A stretch of DNA of 32,000 bases, from contig NC_010631.1 of assembly GCF_000020025.1 (NCBI RefSeq), positions 60,001 to 92,000 of the forward strand, in the 5' to 3' direction. Below are positions 18,603 through 26,696 of this stretch, one piece after another (position 1 is the stretch's first letter; each line of letters begins with the position of its first letter). Below the pieces are notes generated by a model. It made no database searches and was not told the DNA's origin. It was given only the letters and a program-made list of their open reading frames with translations. This DNA is from Nostoc punctiforme PCC 73102. GTDB lineage: Bacteria; Cyanobacteriota; Cyanobacteriia; Cyanobacteriales; Nostocaceae. A program made the position numbers and the translations under genes.

Positions 18603-20858
18603 TTACCACTGAGATCCTGAAAAACAAGAACTTGCAGACAGTGAAGCATTATCCCAGGTTGGATTTGCTTGGTCTGTTGTCAAAACTAAATTTCCTTGAG
18701 AATCCCGAATCAAAACGTTGGCTTCTATGATTTGTGTAGCTTGGTTACTTCTTAATGATTTTGGATTATGTGAATTATTCAAAGCTGGAACTGGAACAGA
18801 GTTACTTTGCTCAACATTGTTAAACATCAGGTTATTAGGCTTAGATTGGAGATTGCGAGTACTACTAACTCGAAAACTATTTACTTCTGTGCCTGCTCGT
18901 GCCTGACAAACTGGGGTGATTTCAGGAGTTATTGGAATTACTTCTGCTTTTAGTTGAGTAGGGTAAATGTTAGTATCAGCGATGTTATATTTAACAGTAC
19001 CGTTAATTCCGTACTTGGAACTAGCTGTTATTAAGCTATTAAGGGAAAGGAATAGTCCCCTAGCATTAATTGTGATATTCCCACCACGGCCCTCAAAGGC
19101 ATTTGCGGTGATGCTGCTATTTTTTATTGCAACTAAGATATCTGTGTTGATAGTGATGTTGCCGCCGTCGCCATTACCCCCAGCAGTCGCAGTAATGATA
19201 CTGTCACGTAATTGTAAGTCACCAGAGTGTAAGAAAATGTCGCCTCCTTCGCCCTTGGTGCCGCCTTCTGTGCCAGCTGTGATAGTACCTCTGTCTAGAT
19301 TGATACTGTCTGCGTTGATTCGGAGGGTTCCTGCATTTCCTTGTCCTGGCTGAAAGTTGAGATTTTTTGGAATTTTTTCACCACCAATATTTACTCTCCC
19401 ACCATCAGTGACAGTTAATCGTTCTGCTTCGATTGTCAGATTTCCGGCCTTTCCAGTTCCTCCAGTTCGAGCTGATATTCTGCTAGGAGAATTACCAGTT
19501 AATGACTTTCCGGTTACTTGCACTTCTTCGTCAGCAGTTATAGATACGTTGCCTCCCGAACCCTGCCCAAATGTGCCTGATGATATCACTCCTCCAGAGC
19601 GTAGACTTAAGCGCGCAGTTTCAATCTTGATGTTACCGCCAGAACCGGTAGATCCTCGTTGGGCCAAACTTGTTATGGAACTGCCTGCATTCGCTGTTGG
19701 TTTTCGCAGCACTTCTACTGAATCATGAGCTAAGACCTCTATGGAACCAGCATTTCCGAAGCCATACGTACCAGCAGCGATCCCTGCTCCATCCCGGATA
19801 TTTAACCGCCCAGTTTCAATATTGATGTTGCCACCAGATCCGGTAGCTCTTGGGTAAACTAGGCTCGATATACCAGTGTTGAAAAACGAATCAACTTCTG
19901 GTAATCCCACTAGGTTCACTGAATCTGAAGCATTAATTTTCAATGTTCCCCCCGTTCCTGCTCCTAATGTGCTGGACTCAATCTGAGAACCACCGTCTAG
20001 CATTAGCTTCATGGCTTGTATTTGAATATTGCCACCACCATCACCACTGGCATCAACTGCTGCTGCTCCAGACAACTGGATCTCTCCAAAGGCTGAGATG
20101 CCTGAATATCCCAACGTCCAGCCTTTATCTGTAGGAATCAGGTTGACCAAACCCGCTCCAGCCACGCTGCCTAATTCAATCTGTCCCCCTGTTGTTTTAA
20201 GCGTTCCACGTGAGAGTAATATATCACCGCCCACCAAAGCTAAGGTTTGATTTGGCTGCACGCGTAGACCAGAACTAGTATCTATGAGGTCTGAAGTTTT
20301 TCTTATACCTTGACCGTCTCCAAAGACGTGAATATTTCCAGCATTTGTCCCAAATCCTAATCCCACAGGCACGCTCACTGTCAACAGAGGTTCTGCACCA
20401 CTAAGGGGTTTAGCATCGAAGGAGATGCCATCAGCAAATTTAATATTACTAGCAGTAGTGCCGAAGAACGAGCCGCCAATATTCAGTGAAGCATTCGGCC
20501 CAAAAATAATCCCATTGGGATTAATAAGAAATACGTTGGCTATGCCGTTAGCTCGAATTAAACCATCAATATTAGATATTGAGCTACCCGTCACTCTTGT
20601 CAAAATGTTTTGGATGTCTAGGGCATTTTTGAAGTAAACTGTGCTTCCTGTGGGCACAGAAAACTGTCCAAAGCTATGGAACAAATTGCTTCCGAATTGG
20701 GTTCCTCCCGTTATCGCACTGGTATTATTACCCTCTCGTGTGACGCTGGAGTTAACTCTTAGGGTTGCATCGGGAACAATTTGTGCCGCAATTGGCTCCC
20801 AAGGCAATAGACAAAACAAGGTGCTGCCCTTGATAAGCCAGGATAAAGCTTTTGTCAT
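18603..20858 (-). CDS. TpsA-like exoprotein: filamentous-haemagglutinin N-terminal (TPS/haemagg_act) domain + parallel beta-helix repeats
   Basis: Signal peptide, then the TPS motifs NLFHSFGQFSV and FLINPNGIIFGPNASLNIGGSF. Downstream are repeated G-rich units (TGSGGNINIETGRLNIRDGAGI / TGSGGNIKIETARLSLRSGGVI / GRGGNITINARGLFL). Confidence 0.9.
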   Translation of the reverse strand: MTKALSWLIKGSTLFCLLPWEPIAAQIVPDATLRVNSSVTREGNNTSAITGGTQFGSNLFHSFGQFSVPTGSTVYFKNALDIQNILTRVTGSSISNIDGLIRANGIANVFLINPNGIIFGPNASLNIGGSFFGTTASNIKFADGISFDAKPLSGAEPLLTVSVPVGLGFGTNAGNIHVFGDGQGIRKTSDLIDTSSGLRVQPNQTLALVGGDILLSRGTLKTTGGQIELGSVAGAGLVNLIPTDKGWTLGYSGISAFGEIQLSGAAAVDASGDGGGNIQIQAMKLMLDGGSQIESSTLGAGTGGTLKINASDSVNLVGLPEVDSFFNTGISSLVYPRATGSGGNINIETGRLNIRDGAGIAAGTYGFGNAGSIEVLAHDSVEVLRKPTANAGSSITSLAQRGSTGSGGNIKIETARLSLRSGGVISSGTFGQGSGGNVSITADEEVQVTGKSLTGNSPSRISARTGGTGKAGNLTIEAERLTVTDGGRVNIGGEKIPKNLNFQPGQGNAGTLRINADSINLDRGTITAGTEGGTKGEGGDIFLHSGDLQLRDSIITATAGGNGDGGNITINTDILVAIKNSSITANAFEGRGGNITINARGLFLSLNSLITASSKYGINGTVKYNIADTNIYPTQLKAEVIPITPEITPVCQARAGTEVNSFRVSSTRNLQSKPNNLMFNNVEQSNSVPVPALNNSHNPKSLRSNQATQIIEANVLIRDSQGNLVLTTDQANPTWDNASLSASSCFSGSQW

Positions 20859-21099
20859 AAATCATGGTAAAAGTTTCTCGGTTGGTCTCTGAATTATTTT
20901 TAGTACAGACTTGCACCCTGCACCCGAATGATTACCAATTATACAGATTAATAGTAACGGTAGCGTCTTGTCAAATTGGATTGGAGACAGAGGCTTTCCT
21001 CTAGTAGTAAAGCTTTTCTCTAGTAGTAAAACTGTTAATATTTACTAAAATCCGAGCGAAAGTGATCGGGAGTAAAATACGTTTGTGGATTTATCAGTG

Positions 21100-21876
21100 A
21101 TGAACAGAAAACGTAGTGAGTCCTTTAATGAAGTTGCAGAAATCTATGATGCAGCACGCCCTAGTTATCCATCTCAATTGATTGAAGATGTAATTGAGAT
21201 GGCTAATCTTACGGATTCAGCTTCAATTTTAGATATTGGAACCGGGACAGGTAAGGGGACTGTTCCATTTGCTGAAAAGGGCTACGCTATCTACTGTTTA
21301 GAGCCAGGTGAAAGACTTATTGCAATAGCATCTCAAAATATGCGCTTATATCCAAAGGTGATATTTGAGACAGTTACTTTAGAGGATTGGAACTTACGCC
21401 CAAGCGCCTTTGATTTAGCAATATCTGCCCAAGCTTTTCATTGGGTAAATCGTGAAAAAGGGTATCCAAAAGTTGCACAAGCTTTAAAAGAAAAAGGTTA
21501 TATTGCGTTTTTTTGGAATTTCTCTATTTTACCAGATACTTCAATATTTCAGGCGCTCAAAGAAACGTTTCAAAAATATGTACCTACAATATCTAATGCT
21601 AAACCATCCTCAGTTGAATCACTAATAAAAAAAAGAGAAAACTGGATATTAAATAGCTTTTATTTCAAAAACCTAGTGGTCAAAAAATATCCTTGGTCTA
21701 TTAATTATGATGCAGAAGGATATCTAGGTCTTCTGAAAACTCAAACTGCTTATCAAAAATTTACTGGAACTGAAAAGCAGGATTTTTCTGATGCTATTAT
21801 ACAGATATTAAATGCTCACGGAGGATATGTTACTAAACCCTATTTATCGGTTCTTTTCTTTGCTCAAAAAATTTAA
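21100..21876 (+). CDS. Class I SAM-dependent methyltransferase
   Basis: Motif I ILDIGTGTGKGT and a downstream acidic/aromatic pattern (FDLAISAQAFHWV). ATG at 21100 is preferred over GTG at 21085. Confidence 0.85.
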   Translation: MNRKRSESFNEVAEIYDAARPSYPSQLIEDVIEMANLTDSASILDIGTGTGKGTVPFAEKGYAIYCLEPGERLIAIASQNMRLYPKVIFETVTLEDWNLRPSAFDLAISAQAFHWVNREKGYPKVAQALKEKGYIAFFWNFSILPDTSIFQALKETFQKYVPTISNAKPSSVESLIKKRENWILNSFYFKNLVVKKYPWSINYDAEGYLGLLKTQTAYQKFTGTEKQDFSDAIIQILNAHGGYVTKPYLSVLFFAQKI

Positions 21877-22305
21877 ATCAGCCCCTTCATTCTAAATAAA
21901 ACTCAATGTCGAGTGTGGGTTACAACTCATCTCAAACCCGATACGGAAAAACTACGGGTTTAAACCTAGATGAGATTTATATAGTCACACCAAATCCAAT
22001 ACCCTCTGTCAAATAATCAAGCTTTAACCGTTGTTTTACACGTCTGTTGAAGAGGGTATTTCTAGAATACACCCAAACAGTATTTTGTTTTTGTGGTGAC
22101 TCTGGTGTGGTGTTTTTTTTTGATAATTGCTCTATGAGATTTTTTAATGAGTTTTATATTTGGTAGTGCTTTAAGGCTGCAAAATATAAAAAGCAATGAA
22201 AAACCCCAACCTATTTAAAGGATGGGGACATAAATAAAAATTCTATATTTCCATGATGACACAATTCAATATTTGTTCAACTGCTGTCAGCCTGGAGGTG
22301 GAATA

Positions 22306-23247
22306 ATGAACAAACCACCATCCAGACGCAAGAAAGTTATCCCTGGGGCATCTGAGGAACCAAAGCCAGCCGCCGACTCTGCAAAGGAAAATAATTCTGG
22401 GCAGGATAACCCAGCCTCAGCAACAATTACGGTGACGGCTGTTGAAGTAAGAGAGTTGACCGACCAAGAACAAAGCTTACGCTTGCAATTGGAACGTCAG
22501 GTAGAAAGGGCATTTTTGTCAGCAGGTCAGGCGCTTATGGAGTTGAGGGACAGACGGCTATACCGTTCCACGCACCGGACTTTTGAAGAATACTGCCGCG
22601 AACGCTTCAATTATAGTCGTGACGCGGCGTACTTGAAGATTTCAGCGACTGTGGTTTATGAGAATCTTCAAAAGTTTTTGCCGACCATTGGTCGGCAAAT
22701 TCCAATGCCGACCAACGAACGACAATTGCGGTTTTTGGCGAAAGCCGAGTTGGAACCGGCTGTGCAAGCGGATGTCTGGCAACAGGCAGTAGAGCAAGCT
22801 GGCAATAAGATTCCATCTGGTCGCATAGTGAAAGACGTAGTGGATAGGATACGCGAAAGGACGAAAGTACCCAATCCTTACCACATCGGAGAAATATGCA
22901 TTCTTCTGCCCAAAGATGACCCAGACTTGAGGGGTAAAGCGGGTTATTGGGGAGTGGTAAGTCACGTTGGAGACTATAGCTGTACAGTTCAAACCTGGGA
23001 TGGCGACTATACCGTGAAGATTGAACACCTGAAGTTACTGGAATTGCTTGATGAAGATTGCCAATTCATGCAGCAGTTATGTGTGAGGTTACGGCAGTTG
23101 CATCAAGTGGCCAGCCGTGACTCTTCTGTGGATTGGCTGTTGCAGGGGTTGGGTAAGCAAGCTAAACCTTATTTATCTTCGTTGCAGGCAAAATTGCTGG
23201 GGACTGTGGAACGGGAATACAAAATCGAGTGGAGGCAACAGAAATGA
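22306..23247 (+). CDS. Hypothetical protein with a ParB/KorB-style HTH segment and a small beta-barrel-like C-terminal part
   Basis: GGAGG lies 8 nt upstream of ATG 22306. RLYRSTHRTFEEYCRERFNYSRDAAYLKISATVVYENL resembles the HTH segment seen in many plasmid/phage ParB-like proteins. GEICILLPKDDPDLRGKAGYWGVVSHVGDYSCTVQTWDGDYTVKIEHL looks SH3/Tudor-like. Confidence 0.6.
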   Translation: MNKPPSRRKKVIPGASEEPKPAADSAKENNSGQDNPASATITVTAVEVRELTDQEQSLRLQLERQVERAFLSAGQALMELRDRRLYRSTHRTFEEYCRERFNYSRDAAYLKISATVVYENLQKFLPTIGRQIPMPTNERQLRFLAKAELEPAVQADVWQQAVEQAGNKIPSGRIVKDVVDRIRERTKVPNPYHIGEICILLPKDDPDLRGKAGYWGVVSHVGDYSCTVQTWDGDYTVKIEHLKLLELLDEDCQFMQQLCVRLRQLHQVASRDSSVDWLLQGLGKQAKPYLSSLQAKLLGTVEREYKIEWRQQK

Positions 23248-23288
23248 TGGTGCAGCGAGGAAACAATAATTTAATGCAACAAAGTTTA

Positions 23289-23657
23289 CTAAACTCGTTT
23301 AGTTTCAAATATTTCTCGCCACAATTCAAATTCCGGACAATTGCACCAAAGGGTAACGAACCCATCAAAAAGTTTAGTTTCTGAATTTTGAACTCCCCTT
23401 GGGAGAACTTGGATCAAGATAGGAATATCCAAATCACATTTCCAATTTTCTATTTCTTTTTGAATTTGGGCAATAGTGTCTTGATGGAATCCTCGGTCGT
23501 TGTTGGAACACTGAACAAGTAAACATCCATTATCAGAATCTTTGACTCGCTTGAGCGAGAAATTAATCTGCGTCCACATTGATTGGACTTCATTGAAAAT
23601 ATTAGGCAAACCATAGTGATTGCCTAATATTACCTTTCGGCGTTTTGATTCACCCAT
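23289..23657 (-). CDS. Hypothetical protein (122 aa)
   Basis: Clean ATG-initiated ORF convergent with the previous gene. No recognisable motif. Confidence 0.45.
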   Translation of the reverse strand: MGESKRRKVILGNHYGLPNIFNEVQSMWTQINFSLKRVKDSDNGCLLVQCSNNDRGFHQDTIAQIQKEIENWKCDLDIPILIQVLPRGVQNSETKLFDGFVTLWCNCPEFELWREIFETKRV

Positions 23658-23746
23658 AAGTCCCCCTCAGCAATACAAATTTTGACAAGGATGACGAAGA
23701 AGATAAGGAATCTCCTGACGACGAGTAAGCTCAATAGCGCTCAGAT

Positions 23747-23763
23747 TAACCCTCTGAGGGTTA
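23747..23763. promoter_or_regulatory. 17-bp perfect palindrome taaccctc-t-gagggtta upstream of the 122-aa gene
   Basis: Perfect dyad, 90-106 nt upstream of the start at 23657 (minus strand). Confidence 0.35.
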
Positions 23764-24421
23764 TTAACTACTAATCCCATTGTAACGATAAATCAAGGGT
23801 TTCAAGTATTTTGCAGTTGCAAGGATTGGGGATTTTGCTTTCACCGTATCTGTCATTCTTGCACGCTTTGCTGCTGGCGGCTGTTGAGATAGAGTACAAC
23901 CTGGTTTGTCAGCAGCAGAAGTGACGATACAGCTAGTAAACAATAGGTTAATCCAACAAATACACAATGCAACACCGCAATAAATAACTCGTTGTATGAA
24001 AACGGTAAGCGTACCACTCTGTGGAAGCAAGCGATCGCCCAGCGTCTGGTAGAGTTGCCATGCCGGAATGGCTTATCGCTTCAAAAAGAAATCTGAGTAG
24101 GTCATAGGGAGTGTCCTTAAAAAGCCGCCATTAACGGACAGTTAGGGACTTCCAAATAAATGACGACCCAGCCGCTACTAGTTAGCCAACTTTATTTTGA
24201 CAGGTAGTGTTCTAAGTGGGAATTTAGTCAAATTGAGAAGGATAGGAAACAACTTGCTTCTTTGGTCTTGGCGATCTCCCGCCTTGAAAGCCACATTGAG
24301 CAGTTGGTGCTTTCTTTAAATCTTCAAGTCGATGGCGAAGGAAATTCTGACAATGATAGCCACTGGCTTTTTAGGGAAAGCTCCGGTAGTGTGGGAGAAA
24401 AAGATATATAGGATGCAGGAA

Positions 24422-26605
24422 TCAATTAACCTCGAAAGCGATCGACAAAGTAGCCATATCAGAATTGCTCACTGGTGTGGCTACAATACCACCACCACGT
24501 ACATCTCTCAAATCATTCAGCAAATCACCAATCACTTCATCTGGACTTGTGGATGAACCTTTTAACTCTACTACTCCAGCATCACGCTTTTGTTCTGCTG
24601 CTAAAGCTCTCATTGTTTTGACAGCATTCTTTAGTGGTTTGCGACTGACAATAATTAATGCTTCCCCACTACCTTTCTCGATCGCCTGTAATTTTAGCTC
24701 TTGTGGATTGCCAACTACTAGTGTTTGCTGTGGCGCTAATTGCATTGACTCCTCAGGTGCTGACCATTTATAGGGAAATATCACCAATAAATCACCACTG
24801 GAATCAAATAGCAAGATAGAAATATAGACAGAAGTCGATTCATTATTGGTCACTTGAAATTGAAACAGTTGTTGCAGAGGTAATTTGTGCGAATAAATTT
24901 TTTGTGAGACTTGACGATTCTTTTGGCTCCGTGATGTGGCAGTTTTAGCTATAATTTTGCTAGGTTGCTCTACTAAATTCAGGCAAACTTCCACATCTAG
25001 TTCTGACGAATTGGTATTCAAAGTTTTTTTGAGAATACGAGTTGCTAGCAAAGACTTGAGTTTAGGTTCTAAACGCTGGACAGCATCTTTTACTGCTTCT
25101 CTTGCGTCACCAAAAGATTGTAATACTAGTTCCTGTCCTGCGGTAAACAAACCAAGACTATTAACCACAGGCAAGTTTTCTGTAACTTGTTGCTGCAATT
25201 GTCTTCGATAGCTATCTGTCATGCGACTGAAGATGTATTGCACACCATTTGGATATGGTGGTTTTTGATTCTGCGCTGTTATAGCTGCGATACGATTGAT
25301 AGCTTCTACAAATTCTTTTGCTGCATTTGTATCACCAGCTAGAGAAGGATCTAAACCAATACTTAACTTTAAGTCAGCCGGAATTACACGAGTTGATTCT
25401 TGCAACAGCATTCCTGGACGCAGAGAATTTATCCCTCTGTTGTCTACCAGTTCTGCTTCTGCTATTAAGCCACGACGAGGGGATATCAACTTTACGGTTG
25501 CTGAGGTTTGTCCTTGATTGTTGATGACTGTAAAAGTAGCTCCTGGTGTAAATGCTTCTAAACTTTCTTTGTCTATTCCTCCCAACCATAATGTTGCTTT
25601 TTTACCTTCACTTTTAATAACAACTGCATCAGTAGGGAAAACTTTATTTTTAATAAAATAGACTGGTTTATTTTCATCACCATCTATTAAAGGCTCTTGC
25701 CGTGAAAGTGATTTAATGCTGGAAGTAATTTGAGAAATCATACTCCCAGCACTACCAGTTTGTTGCCAAAGATACTGCGTCATCAAGTAAGTAAATGCAC
25801 CAGCCGAAAAGCCATCAAAAGTGGCATCTGCTGCTATTTGTTCCCTTTTAGCCGCAGCAAAAACTATTCCTTTTCGCTCACTAGCACAGCGAAGACTGAT
25901 AAGTTTTTCTAAGGGGATATTCAACTGTTTGATCCAATGTTCTTGATAAGCAATTTCCTCTGGAGATGGCTGCAAATTATCATTAGATGCAGCACGCACA
26001 ATAAAGTTACCTCGTGTACCACCGCCGGAGAAGCAACTGTCTAAAACTACAGTGACATTTTCGGTTTTTAAAGCCGATATTAACAAAAACAGGGTACGTC
26101 CCATAATGTCCTGTGTGACACCATTGGCACCATCATCAGATGGTACTAGGGTGCTGTTATAGTTATCATTTCTGCATTGCTGAATGGGGTCAGGGTCTGG
26201 TAGTCGAGAACCATGACCAGAAAAATGGAAAACTACTACATCTCCTGGTTTAGCTTGCTTAATTAGATGTTCTTCAAATGCTTCTAGAATATTTTTTCGG
26301 GTGGGTTGTTTATCGGCTGGGTCACTTGTTAATTTCAGGATATTGTTGGGTTCAAAACCAAAGCGATGGGTTAAAAGTTTTTCCTGTAAATCTACATCGG
26401 TGATACATCCTCTCAAGTTATCACCTCTCTCATTGTTTAGATAATTATTAATTCCCACTAAGAGTGCTAATTTTCGAGGGGTGCTTTGTGATAAAACTTG
26501 AGCGTAGCGGTTTCCCTTTTGCATGATATCGATTTGGCTTAAACCCAAAGTGGCAAAGGTTGAAGAAGCAAATTGGATAAAATGACGGCGTTTGATAAGG
26601 TACAT
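24422..26605 (-). CDS. Orthocaspase (peptidase C14 caspase domain) with a twin-arginine signal and C-terminal DUF4384-like domain
   Basis: Tat-type N-terminus MYLIKRRHFIQFASSTFATLGLS. Caspase His/Cys dyad FHFSGHGS and VVLDSCFSGGG. DUF4384-like YISILLFDSSGDLLVIFPYKW. ATG at 26605 is preferred; the track start at 26653 is TTG. Confidence 0.9.
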   Translation of the reverse strand: MYLIKRRHFIQFASSTFATLGLSQIDIMQKGNRYAQVLSQSTPRKLALLVGINNYLNNERGDNLRGCITDVDLQEKLLTHRFGFEPNNILKLTSDPADKQPTRKNILEAFEEHLIKQAKPGDVVVFHFSGHGSRLPDPDPIQQCRNDNYNSTLVPSDDGANGVTQDIMGRTLFLLISALKTENVTVVLDSCFSGGGTRGNFIVRAASNDNLQPSPEEIAYQEHWIKQLNIPLEKLISLRCASERKGIVFAAAKREQIAADATFDGFSAGAFTYLMTQYLWQQTGSAGSMISQITSSIKSLSRQEPLIDGDENKPVYFIKNKVFPTDAVVIKSEGKKATLWLGGIDKESLEAFTPGATFTVINNQGQTSATVKLISPRRGLIAEAELVDNRGINSLRPGMLLQESTRVIPADLKLSIGLDPSLAGDTNAAKEFVEAINRIAAITAQNQKPPYPNGVQYIFSRMTDSYRRQLQQQVTENLPVVNSLGLFTAGQELVLQSFGDAREAVKDAVQRLEPKLKSLLATRILKKTLNTNSSELDVEVCLNLVEQPSKIIAKTATSRSQKNRQVSQKIYSHKLPLQQLFQFQVTNNESTSVYISILLFDSSGDLLVIFPYKWSAPEESMQLAPQQTLVVGNPQELKLQAIEKGSGEALIIVSRKPLKNAVKTMRALAAEQKRDAGVVELKGSSTSPDEVIGDLLNDLRDVRGGGIVATPVSNSDMATLSIAFEVN

Positions 26606-26696
26606 AGCAGAATTTTTAACTCTTTGAAATTGATAGAAATTAAGTAAGTTCAAGAGAAGTTTATTTTCTTAATAAACTTTGATAAATGGATATATT

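Noticed and set aside
18718-20892. Many plus-strand ORFs of 60-128 codons (e.g. 18967..19353, 19357..19728) antisense to the TpsA-like gene
   Set aside because: They lie entirely inside a strongly supported 751-aa gene. They are Pro/Leu/Ser-rich mirror translations of its Gly-rich repeats, a typical antisense artefact.
21905-21975. Imperfect inverted repeat (catctcaaacccg ... cgggtttaaacctagatgag) after the methyltransferase gene
   Set aside because: The stem is interrupted and not followed by a T-run. It may be a terminator, but the evidence is insufficient.
23764-24030. 88-codon minus-strand ORF with a hydrophobic segment
   Set aside because: TTG start and no recognisable motif. It sits in a ~750-nt stretch (23658-24421) that otherwise looks non-coding or degenerate. 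It cannot be supported as a gene from sequence alone.
24332-24556. 74-codon plus-strand ORF
   Set aside because: It overlaps the 3' end of the well-supported orthocaspase gene on the opposite strand and has no features.
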